A stretch of 64,000 nt of DNA from an uncultured Gemmataceae bacterium (GTDB taxonomy: Bacteria; Planctomycetota; Planctomycetia; Gemmatales; Gemmataceae), in assembly GCA_963750165.1 (NCBI GenBank), contig CAVVPN010000004.1:544001-608000 (forward strand), given 5' to 3'. Made by a program: the position numbers and the translations under genes. Every line of letters starts with the position of its first letter. Within the stretch, counting starts at the first letter, position 1. This document shows positions 11,104-20,628 of the stretch, piece by piece. The notes under the pieces are model-generated. The model saw only the letters and a list, made by a program, of their open reading frames with translations. It did not search any database and had not been told where the DNA came from.

Positions 11104-12408
11104 ATGAGCATCAAGCACTGCTGCTGGGGATGGGGCTTCGCCATCGCCGCCCTGGTATGCCTCCCGGCGACGCCGCCCCGAGCGCTCGCACAGGCCAACC
11201 CCAAGGTCCGGGTTTCCACGGCGAACCCAGGGCCCCAGGAACGCTTCGCCTTTGAATTCCACGACGCGCCGTGGTCGGGCCCGGGCAGCGTGCTGGAGTG
11301 GCTGGTCAAGAAGACCGGGCTGCCGATCATCACCAATGTCAGGCCGCTCGGCACCTTCACCCCGGCCAGGGGCGCGAACGGTAATTTGCAGCGCTACACC
11401 GTTCCCGAGGCCATCGACCTCCTCAACGCGGCGCTGGCGCAACAGCAGCTGATCCTCATCCGCAAATTCGACTCGATCACGCTGCGGGCGACGGACCAGC
11501 CGATTCCCGAGATGGACATCCCGCGCCTGACCGAAGCAGAGTTGCAGCAGCGCGGCAAGACCGAACTGGCTTCGGTCGTCGTCAGGCTCAAGACGCTGGA
11601 CGCCGAGACCTTCGCCAAGGAGGCGAAGGACATGCTTGGTCCCCTGGGCAAGGTTACGTCCCTGCCGTCTGCCAACATACTCATCCTGCGCGACCAGGCG
11701 GGCACGCTGCGCCTGGCCATCAAGATGATCAAGGAGATGGATACCGGCCTCGGGGATACCAGCAGAATTACCCTCACCTACGAGTGCAAGCACATCAAGG
11801 CGGCGGACGCCGCCGAGGCTCTGACCAAGTTCCTGGCCACCGAAAAGGAAGAGATTCATGTCAAGGACAGGGCGGGCAATGTACGGACGTGCGTCCGCAC
11901 CCACACCATCGCCGTCGATGAGGGGCTGAACATGGTCATCATCAGCGGCCCCAACGACAAAATCGCCAAGGCCAAGGAAGTCCTCATGGAGATCGACAAG
12001 GACTGGCGCGGCCTACCGGTGCGCTACTTTCCGTCAGTTCTCCTGCGGGTCGAGGTTCCCGACGGTAACGCGGCGGCGTTCCTCAGTTCCGCCCAGGCGA
12101 TGTTCCAACAACCGGCGCGGCCGCACGTCTACGCCATTGACCGGGACGCCATCCTGGTCCACGGCTACGAAGGAGAAGCGAGCCGGGTCCGTCAGTTCAT
12201 TGGGAACTGGTATCGGCGAACCCCGCTCAGCACGGCCCGGATTCGGCTGACGAACCTGAAGGCCGCCGAGGTGGTAAATCGCCTTGAGAGGAGCAGACTC
12301 CCGCATCTCCAACCAGACACCGAGCGCAACGCCGTTCTCGTACGCGGCACCCTGCAGCAGATCGCTGCGGCCTGGGCGCTCATCAAGATACTCGAAGTTC
12401 TTCCGTAG
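11104..12408 (+). CDS. Secretin N-terminal domain protein, no secretin barrel
   Basis: Signal peptide (ALA-Q); FEFHDAPW..VLEWL N0-like start; LGPLGKVTSLPSANILILRD; IAVDEGLNMVIISGPNDKIAKAKEVLMEIDK; PDTERNAVLVRGT. Confidence 0.7.
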   Translation: MSIKHCCWGWGFAIAALVCLPATPPRALAQANPKVRVSTANPGPQERFAFEFHDAPWSGPGSVLEWLVKKTGLPIITNVRPLGTFTPARGANGNLQRYTVPEAIDLLNAALAQQQLILIRKFDSITLRATDQPIPEMDIPRLTEAELQQRGKTELASVVVRLKTLDAETFAKEAKDMLGPLGKVTSLPSANILILRDQAGTLRLAIKMIKEMDTGLGDTSRITLTYECKHIKAADAAEALTKFLATEKEEIHVKDRAGNVRTCVRTHTIAVDEGLNMVIISGPNDKIAKAKEVLMEIDKDWRGLPVRYFPSVLLRVEVPDGNAAAFLSSAQAMFQQPARPHVYAIDRDAILVHGYEGEASRVRQFIGNWYRRTPLSTARIRLTNLKAAEVVNRLERSRLPHLQPDTERNAVLVRGTLQQIAAAWALIKILEVLP

Positions 12409-12445
12409 TGCGGGCCGCCCGCACTACGGAAGCAGGAGAAACGCC

Positions 12446-13357
12446 ATGAGCATCAAGCACCGCTGCTGGGGATACGGTCTCGCCGTCGCCGTTCTGGTGT
12501 GCCTGTCGGCGACGCCGCGTGCGCTCGCGCAGGCCAACCCCAGGGTCCGGATTCCTGCGATGAAGCCCAAGGTCCAGGAACGTTTCGTCTTTGAATTCCG
12601 CGACGCGCCCTGGCACGGGCCGGGCGGCGTGCTGGAGTGGCTGGTCGAAAAGACCAGGCTGCCGGTCATCTCCACGCACAAGCCGACCGGCACCTTCACC
12701 TTCAATCCGCCCAGGGGTGCGAACGGTACCCCCCAGCGCTACACCATTCCCGAAATCATCGACATCCTCAACGAGACACTGGCGAAGCAGGAACGCATCC
12801 TGCTTCGCAAGATCGCATCCATCACAATACTTGCGACCGATCAGCCGCTTCCAGAATCGGGCCTCGAGCGCCTGACGACCGAGGAGGAGTTGGCTGAGCG
12901 CGGCAAGACGGAGTTGGCGTCGATTCGCCTCCGGCTTACATCGCTCGACGCGGAGGCGTTCGCCAGGGAGGCGAAGGACCTGCTGGGTCCTGGGGGCAGG
13001 GTGACGGCACTGCCGAGCACCAACATGCTCATCCTGCGCGGCCGGGTGGGTGCGCTGCGCCTGACGGTCAAGACGATAAAGGAATTCGATGCAGATGCCG
13101 GCCGCGGGCCAACTACTTTCGCTTACAAGTGTGTCTACATCAAGGCGTCTGATGCTGCGGAGAAGCTGACCAGGTTTCTGGTTCCACCCGCCCAGGAGAA
13201 AGAAATCAGCGCGCGCAAGGCAGGCAACCGCGATCCGTGTATCCGCGCGACCAGGGTCACGGTCGATGACCAAATCAACACGCTCATGATCAGCGGTTCG
13301 TCCGGCACGATCTACCGGACCAAGATGCTCCTCGCCCAGATCGACCAGGGCCAGTAA
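12446..13357 (+). CDS. Secretin N-terminal domain protein (shorter paralog of 11104-12408)
   Basis: Collinear with the first ~300 aa of the upstream paralog; AGGAG RBS; ends ..LLAQIDQGQ. Confidence 0.7.
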   Translation: MSIKHRCWGYGLAVAVLVCLSATPRALAQANPRVRIPAMKPKVQERFVFEFRDAPWHGPGGVLEWLVEKTRLPVISTHKPTGTFTFNPPRGANGTPQRYTIPEIIDILNETLAKQERILLRKIASITILATDQPLPESGLERLTTEEELAERGKTELASIRLRLTSLDAEAFAREAKDLLGPGGRVTALPSTNMLILRGRVGALRLTVKTIKEFDADAGRGPTTFAYKCVYIKASDAAEKLTRFLVPPAQEKEISARKAGNRDPCIRATRVTVDDQINTLMISGSSGTIYRTKMLLAQIDQGQ

Positions 13358-13384
13358 CCGTCCGCGAACCGGGGCACTCAGTGG

Positions 13385-13678
13385 TCAAGGCCGGTCGGAC
13401 GGTTCGGGGGAGCAGGGCACGGGGGCCGGGGGCCGCAGGACCGTGACGCCGCACTTCTCCAGGAGCCATTTGCACAGCAAGAAACTCGGCAGGCCGCCCG
13501 CCATGAACGCGGCGACCATCACGTAACGGGTCGTCTGGCCGCCCACCCGGAGCACCTCGGGCCACACGGCGAACAGAAAGAGCGGGGCCAGCACGCAAAA
13601 GGCCGCCCCGTTCAGGATAACGATCAGCCAGCCCACCAGGGTCAGGCGTTCCAGCAGTTCTTCGCGGCCGTCGCGCAT
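13385..13678 (-). CDS. Small membrane protein (2 predicted TM helices)
   Basis: Two hydrophobic stretches LVGWLIVILNGAAFCVLAPLFLFAVW and YVMVAAFMAGGLPSFLL. Confidence 0.55.
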   Translation of the reverse strand: MRDGREELLERLTLVGWLIVILNGAAFCVLAPLFLFAVWPEVLRVGGQTTRYVMVAAFMAGGLPSFLLCKWLLEKCGVTVLRPPAPVPCSPEPSDRP

Positions 13679-13781
13679 GGCTACTCGTCCCCCACGACAG
13701 ACAAAGGGTTGTGCAACTCTACGTTGGGTTTCGGGGGAGTCAAGGAACGCCTGGCATCCGCAGCGGTTGTACAATGCCAGC

Positions 13782-14318
13782 ATGATGCCTTTTTGCGACC
13801 GCCTGGTGCCCGACGAACCGCTGCCGTCCTACGCCTTCGTGCCGGGCCGCCACCCGCACCCCGTCTCCGACGCCGCCGGCCACAGCCACGGCCACTCGCC
13901 CCAGCGGCCCGCGCCGCTCGACCCGACCGCCTGGGGCGACAGCGCCGCATACTGCTTCGGGCTGGACCTGTTCAACCACGGCTATTACTGGGAGGCGCAC
14001 GAGCAATGGGAAGGGCTGTGGCACGCCTGCGGGCGGCACGGCGTCACGGCGACGCTGTTGAAGGCGCTGATCCAGCTGGCCGCGGCGGGCGTCAAGGTGC
14101 GCGAGGGCCGGCCGGAGGGCGTGCGCACTCACGCCGCGCGGGCGGCAGAATTGCTGGAGCTGGTGGCGCGGGAGGTGGCGACGGAACGCTATCTGGGGCT
14201 AGCGTTGGCGGACGTGCGACGGCAGGCGCTGACGGTAGCGGAGCGGCCGCCGCAATGCCCGGCAGGGTCGGGAGCGCCGGTCGAGGTGGTGTTTGACTTC
14301 GTGCTGTGGCCAGCGTGA
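13782..14318 (+). CDS. DUF309 family protein
   Basis: GLDLFNHGYYWEAHEQWEGLW and LKALIQLAAA motifs. Confidence 0.85.
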   Translation: MMPFCDRLVPDEPLPSYAFVPGRHPHPVSDAAGHSHGHSPQRPAPLDPTAWGDSAAYCFGLDLFNHGYYWEAHEQWEGLWHACGRHGVTATLLKALIQLAAAGVKVREGRPEGVRTHAARAAELLELVAREVATERYLGLALADVRRQALTVAERPPQCPAGSGAPVEVVFDFVLWPA

Positions 14319-14617
14319 TTGCACATGATTGCACATCAGGGCGGTGTACCTTTGAGTTTCCAGCGGGAGCCGGGACCACTTCGCCCGCTGGAATCGACAG
14401 GCCCAGGATCCCGCAGCAGCCGTACATTTGCCTGGGCGGTGCGGCGATTTGTCCTCGGGGGGCAGGTGGAGGATCGTTTTCAACGAGGTTGGGCCGATCT
14501 GCGCGAGAATCTTCAGCAACTGCCGCTGCAAAAACACGAATCCAGACGGTAGTGGTGCAACTCGCCGCGGTCGGTGGTGCAGGGTCGAGTCCCTGGTTCT
14601 GCGGCGCGCCGCGGCGC

Positions 14618-15034
14618 TCACTTCTTCTTGGTGGTCAATTTGAAGTCTTTCGGCGTGTCGTCCTTGATCTCCACGGTCAGGGTGGTTTCTTCATTGTAAT
14701 GGGCAGGGACCGTGTTCACGACCTTTTCCTTGTCGCCGTACGCGGACGACTCACCGGGTTCGAGCGGCACCTTCTTCGTGGGGCCGATGATCTTGACCGT
14801 GTAGGTGCCGGGCCGGATCGCCACAGCATACTTGCCGTCCTTGATGCGCGCCCCCTCGGGGTGCAGGTTCTTGTCTTTTGGCAGGAACGTCAGATCGCCC
14901 TCCGTCAGGGGCACGCCGTCGAGTTCCACGGCGCCGGTCACCGTGTGTTTGACTGGCCCGTCCTTGCCGCACCCCGCCGCGGCGGCGCCCCAGACGCAGA
15001 CGAACAGAACAAGCAGCCGTTTCATGGGGGACAT
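14618..15034 (-). CDS. Putative lipoprotein, carboxypeptidase-regulatory-like fold (usual DUF1559 partner)
   Basis: Lipobox-like AAAGC-G; VTGAVELDGVPLTEG; PGTYTVKI; VPAHYNEETTLTVEI. Confidence 0.8.
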   Translation of the reverse strand: MSPMKRLLVLFVCVWGAAAAGCGKDGPVKHTVTGAVELDGVPLTEGDLTFLPKDKNLHPEGARIKDGKYAVAIRPGTYTVKIIGPTKKVPLEPGESSAYGDKEKVVNTVPAHYNEETTLTVEIKDDTPKDFKLTTKKK

Positions 15035-15068
15035 TCGCTTTCGTTGTCAGGGGAAAGGAGCGGGACGG

Positions 15069-16040
<972 letters not shown>

Positions 16041-16157
16041 GGCCAACCTCCCGAACGCGGAAGCAAGAGAGCCGACCGGTTGCCGTGGCGAAGACCGCGG
16101 CAGACCGACGGGGAATAAACCCCGGTGCCCACCGATTGTTGCAGTTTTGTCAGCTAC

Positions 16158-16325
16158 CCGGAATTCAAGGGCAACGTTGCCTTTGTCGGCACCAGGCATT
16201 TCTGGCGGCCCAAGGAAGTCTCCCCCTCGGGACAGGGCTATCACTGGAACAGCAACGCGGAAACGTATTACCTTATCGGAGCGGCCATGGGTGAAGCGAT
16301 GCTGAAATTGAGACGGGCGAAATGA
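16158..16325 (+). pseudogene. C-terminal remnant of a sialate O-acetylesterase (SGNH)-like gene
   Basis: PEFKGNVAFVGTRHFWRPKEVSPSGQGYHWNSNAETYYLIGAAMGEAMLKL resembles the end of planctomycete SASA-domain proteins; no N-terminal part is present. Confidence 0.6.
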
Positions 16326-16661
16326 AGACACTGCTCGCTAATCCCCACCGCTCCTGCCACCTTTTTCTTGCTCTGGCGCTCGGCTGCGGGGGAGTGCGCT
16401 CCCCCGACTCCCTCGGCTTTTTGTCCGCAGCAACACGACCCAACGCACCACCCACTTCCGCTCATGTGATCGTATGTATATAGTGACAGGTATTACTCAC
16501 GTTTGAACCATACCCCTTTCCGCGCACTGTCCTGCTTCCAGTTTCACCACAGTTCCGTGCCGCCTCTTGACGAATGTTTATTACAGTGATAAGAATAGAG
16601 TAGTTTGATCGTCTGCCCAGGTGCCGGGCATTCCCGGTGGCTACTCCCCTGAGGTTTGCGC

Positions 16662-17387
16662 ATGACTGCCGTCGTGTCCCGCGCGGAGCAAATCGCCAGT
16701 GCCAATGGACTTCTGGCCGAGGAGACGCCGCAGACCATCCTCCGCTGGGCGGCGGGGTCGTTCGGTTCGCGACTGACCATGGCGACTGCGTTCGGCGCGG
16801 AGGGCTGTGCCATCATCCACATGCTCGCGGAGATTGCCCCGCAGACGCGCATCTTCAACCTGGACACGGGTTACCAGTTCGCCGAGACGTTGGAGTTACG
16901 CGAGCAGATCAAGGAGAAGTACGGCATCGAGGTGGAATACGTGCGGCCGGAGCTGACCGTTGCGGAGTACGAGGTGGAGCACGGCGGCCCGCTGTACGAG
17001 CATCGGCCGGACCAGTGCTGCTACGACCGCAAGGTGCTGCCGCTGCGGCGGGCGGTGGTCGGTTATGACGCCTGGATCAGCTCCATCCGCCGTGACCAGA
17101 CGGAACACCGCGGCCGCGCTGACGTGGTGCAGTGGGACGCGAAATTCAACCTCGTGAAGGTCAATCCGCTGCTCAACTGGTCGCGGAAGGACGTTTGGGG
17201 CTTTATCGTCAAGCATGGGGTGCCGTACAATCCCCTCCACGACCACGGTTACCCGAGCATCGGCTGCTGGCCCTGCACGCAGCCGGTGCGGGACGGCGAA
17301 CCGGAGCGGGCGGGCCGCTGGGCAGGCACAGTCAAGAAGGAGTGCGGCCTGCACGTCGTGGAGCACAGGGATGGCAGCGGTATTTAG
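16662..17387 (+). CDS. cysH: APS/PAPS reductase (Fe-S cysteine motifs present)
   Basis: LDTGYQFAET, DQCCYDRKVLPL, KVNPL, GYPSIGCWPCT, RAGRW, KECGLH. Confidence 0.95.
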   Translation: MTAVVSRAEQIASANGLLAEETPQTILRWAAGSFGSRLTMATAFGAEGCAIIHMLAEIAPQTRIFNLDTGYQFAETLELREQIKEKYGIEVEYVRPELTVAEYEVEHGGPLYEHRPDQCCYDRKVLPLRRAVVGYDAWISSIRRDQTEHRGRADVVQWDAKFNLVKVNPLLNWSRKDVWGFIVKHGVPYNPLHDHGYPSIGCWPCTQPVRDGEPERAGRWAGTVKKECGLHVVEHRDGSGI

Positions 17388-17417
17388 CGTTCGAACCCAC
17401 CGTAACGTCGGGGTGTT

Positions 17418-17854
17418 ATGCGCGTCTCCGCCAAGGCTCAATATGCGTGCATCGCCATGCTGGAGTTGGCCGCCCACCACGGCGACCAACACGCGCTGGT
17501 GCAGGTCAAGACCATCGCCGACACACACGGCATTTCGCAGCGCTTCCTGGTGCAGATCCTGTTGCAGTTGAAGGCCGCGGGCCTGGTGCGCAGCGCCCGC
17601 GGCGCCGCGGGCGGCTACCAGCTGGCACGGCCGCCGGAAACGGTGACGCTGGCGGACGTGATCCACGCCATCGACCAGGCGGAGCCAGCAACACCGTCGG
17701 CGCTGCGGCGCTGCGGCCGTCGCTGGCGGTGCAGGCGGTCGCGTCGGTGCTGCACGAGGTGGACGCCAGGGAGCGGCAGATGCTCCGCGACACCACTCTC
17801 GCCGAACTGGTGCGGCGCTCGGAGCAGTGCGGCAACCTGTCGTATCAGATTTGA
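17418..17854 (+). CDS. Rrf2-family regulator (CymR-like; apparent frameshift near 17707)
   Basis: MRVSAKAQYA..ISQRFLVQILLQLKAAGLVRSARGAAGGYQLARPPE; C-terminus LRDTTLAELV..SYQI lies in another frame. Confidence 0.85.
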
Positions 17855-17868
17855 CCGGCTGGCGTGCG

Positions 17869-18468
17869 TCAAGCGCTGGTGACGATCTGTCGCAGAATCC
17901 CCATGATCTTCGGCAGGTTGTCGATGAAGTATTCCGGCAGGTCAATGGTCAACAAATCTCCGCGAAGGCGCAAGAAATTCCAGGTCGCCCCGGTGCTCAC
18001 GACGCCAAAGACGGTTCGATCCGGCGTGCCAGCCTGCTCGTTGCTCACCCGGGCGGCGACCATGGCGGCGATGCACTGTCCGAGTCCAGTGCGGATCAGG
18101 TCGTTTTTCGCCTCCACCACAGCCACGAACGGGGCGCGCAGGATTTTCTGGCTGGGGCCGTGCGTGATCAGGAAATCACAGTAGCCGTTCAAGCCCCGAG
18201 ACGAGTCCACGTCCCATTCTACCCCGGAAAACAGGAAAAAATGCGCCCCCGCGGAGCGGCGCAGTTCCAGTAAGACCGGGGCAATGATGAACTCGGATTT
18301 GGCCTTCTCAGTGCTGTTCGCCAGCGCTAGTTCCACGCCGTCGCGCACGAACGCCGCAATCGCCTCATGCACGGGGAACGGGGCGGTTGCGGCGAACATG
18401 TCGGCGTCCTCGACCTGCAGGCCGAGTTGCTCCTGCACCTCCGGGAAGCTGAAATCACGAAAGGCCAT
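17869..18468 (-). CDS. Conserved hypothetical protein, restriction-endonuclease-like PD-(D/E)xK fold
   Basis: TEKAKSEFIIAPVL, LNGYCDFLI, VVEAKND, GQCIAAMVAA, GVVSTGATWNFL. Confidence 0.7.
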   Translation of the reverse strand: MAFRDFSFPEVQEQLGLQVEDADMFAATAPFPVHEAIAAFVRDGVELALANSTEKAKSEFIIAPVLLELRRSAGAHFFLFSGVEWDVDSSRGLNGYCDFLITHGPSQKILRAPFVAVVEAKNDLIRTGLGQCIAAMVAARVSNEQAGTPDRTVFGVVSTGATWNFLRLRGDLLTIDLPEYFIDNLPKIMGILRQIVTSA

Positions 18469-18567
18469 GTGCGGCGCCTCCCCTTCGTGGGCCAGGTCGG
18501 TTTGACTCGCCCTGAGGAATAACCTACGCTGGGAAGAACTCCCGTCAACGAAAGCTGCTTGATTCCC

Positions 18568-18924
18568 ATGCCCGAGCGCAACCCAGAGCCTGCACACGGA
18601 CGGCCCGAACGCCGCGCCTTCGTGCGCCTGGCCAGTGACCTGGCGGCGACCTGCCACCCGTCCGGCCACAGCGATGCAGTGAGCTGGCCGGGACGGGTGT
18701 GCGACCTCTCCCGTGGCGGTGTCGGGCTGGCGTTGCGGCACCGCTTCCGGCCAGGGACGCGGCTGACGGTCGAGCTGCGCGCCAGCACCGGCGCCTGCCT
18801 GCACACGGTGGGGGTGGTGGTCATCCACGCCCGTGCAGTTATCGTGGACGGCGACCACTGCTGGCTGCTCGGCTGTGCGTTTGACCGGCCGCTCGAAGAC
18901 GAGGAGTCTGCGGCCCTGTTATGA
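18568..18924 (+). CDS. PilZ domain protein
   Basis: ERRAFVR (RxxxR) and DLSRGG (D/NxSxxG). Confidence 0.85.
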   Translation: MPERNPEPAHGRPERRAFVRLASDLAATCHPSGHSDAVSWPGRVCDLSRGGVGLALRHRFRPGTRLTVELRASTGACLHTVGVVVIHARAVIVDGDHCWLLGCAFDRPLEDEESAALL

Positions 18925-19072
18925 GCACTGCGGGCACAACCCGCCACCGGTAGCGAACAGTGGGTGGCCGTGCCGAAATGCGCAAAATCAAGAGGGCTAC
19001 GTCTTGGAAGAGGCTTTTTGTTCAGGTATTCCCGGACTCCCGCCACCCCATCATACCCGCGACGGCGCTCGT

Positions 19073-20467
19073 TCAATACGCATTGCGGTGGAACAGCCCG
19101 TGGAACACGGTCATCCACAAAATCCGCAGGTCCAGCCACGGCGTCCAGTGCGTGATGTAATAGAGATCATACTGCACGCGCTTGCGCAGCGACGTGTTGC
19201 CGCGCCAGCCGTGGACCTGCGCCCAGCCGGTGATGCCCGCCTTGACGCTGTGGCGAGCCATGTAGTTCGGGATGGTGCGGCGGAAGCGCTGGATGAACAC
19301 CGGTCGCTCCGGCCGCGGCCCCACCAGGCTCATGTCGCCCATCAGCACATTGAACAGTTGCGGCAGTTCGTCCAGGCTGGACTTGCGCAGGAACGCTCCG
19401 AGCCACGTCCGCCGCGGATCGTCCTTCTGCGCCGACACCGCCCCCGTCTGGGCCTCGGCATCGACGCGCAGGCTGCGGAACTTGAGCATCTTGAAGGTCC
19501 GCCCGTTCAGGCCGCAGCGCTCCTGAGCGTAGAAGACCGGGCCGCGGCTCGACAGCTTGACCAGCAGTGCGATCAGCAGCAGCAGCGGCGCCAGCAGCGC
19601 CAGGCCGACCAGCGATAGCAAGATGTCCATGAAGCGCTTGACAACGACGTTCAGGCCGAAGTGCGGGCTCTCGCGCAGGCCGATCACCGGCAGGCCGTCC
19701 AGGTTCGTGGTCGTCAGCGATAGGCCGGCCATCTCCGGCACATCGGCGACCAGGCGCACCTCCACCAACGTCTGCGACAACACGTCGAAGACGCGGCGGG
19801 CCTCGTGGTAGCGGCTCAGCGGCAGCGAGATAAAGACGTGGTTGATGTGATACTTTTCGACCAGGGTGGGCAGCTCATCGGTGGTGCCGAGGATGTGCAG
19901 GTCATCGGTCCAGCGCGTTGGCTGATCCTCGACGAAGCCGATGACCTTGATACCCATCCAGCTGGCGTGCCGCAGCGCTCGCGCCGTCTTGCGGGCCACG
20001 CGGCCGGTGCCGACGACCACCGCCAGCGTCTGGTTGTAACCGCGGGAGCGCAACCCACGCAGTCCCCACCAGGTGCAGCGCCGCGCCGTCAGAATGCCCG
20101 TCGCCGCCAGCGCCACGAACAGCACCATCGTGGCGCGCGACTCGTAGGGATCGTGCCGGCTGAACGTGGTGGCAATGACCAGCAGCGCCATCAGGGCCGT
20201 GCCCTTGCAAACGCTGACCACCTCCTCGCGGAAGCGGCGCAGACGGTGGATGACGTACTGGCCGGTAAGTTTATACGCCAGGGCGCTGACGAGCAGCACC
20301 GGCGGCAGGTTGCGCTGGCAGAGGTCGAAGTCGGGCGTGTCCTTCTGGACGGGTAGCCAGCCGGACTCGAAGCGGAGGTAGTACGCCAGCAGCCAGGCGG
20401 CGGCGGTCAGCAGCAGGTCCCAGGTGAGAAACCACACGCACAGGAGTTGTCGGTTGCGATGCATCAT
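19073..20467 (-). CDS. Undecaprenyl-phosphate glucose phosphotransferase (WcaJ-like)
   Basis: N-terminal TMs; KRFMDI, FYAQERCG, KFRSL, DDPRRT, SLDELPQLFNVL.GDMSLVGPRPERP, GITGWAQVHG, DLYYI. Confidence 0.93.
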   Translation of the reverse strand: MMHRNRQLLCVWFLTWDLLLTAAAWLLAYYLRFESGWLPVQKDTPDFDLCQRNLPPVLLVSALAYKLTGQYVIHRLRRFREEVVSVCKGTALMALLVIATTFSRHDPYESRATMVLFVALAATGILTARRCTWWGLRGLRSRGYNQTLAVVVGTGRVARKTARALRHASWMGIKVIGFVEDQPTRWTDDLHILGTTDELPTLVEKYHINHVFISLPLSRYHEARRVFDVLSQTLVEVRLVADVPEMAGLSLTTTNLDGLPVIGLRESPHFGLNVVVKRFMDILLSLVGLALLAPLLLLIALLVKLSSRGPVFYAQERCGLNGRTFKMLKFRSLRVDAEAQTGAVSAQKDDPRRTWLGAFLRKSSLDELPQLFNVLMGDMSLVGPRPERPVFIQRFRRTIPNYMARHSVKAGITGWAQVHGWRGNTSLRKRVQYDLYYITHWTPWLDLRILWMTVFHGLFHRNAY

Positions 20468-20628
20468 GACCGGCCCCGTCCGTGGGTGAGTCAGTGACAG
20501 CCGCACTGCCGCGGTCCTGGCTTGTAGCACGCTCGGACGCGGCCTGTCAAGATGGCCCGGACGGGTAGCCGAGGGCGAACGACCGCGGCGCCGCTTTCTC
20601 CCCTTCCTGGTGGGGGAGGGAGAAAGTG

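Noticed and set aside
14319..14617. Small ORFs between the DUF309 gene and the lipoprotein gene
   Set aside because: No RBS, codon bias or motif support
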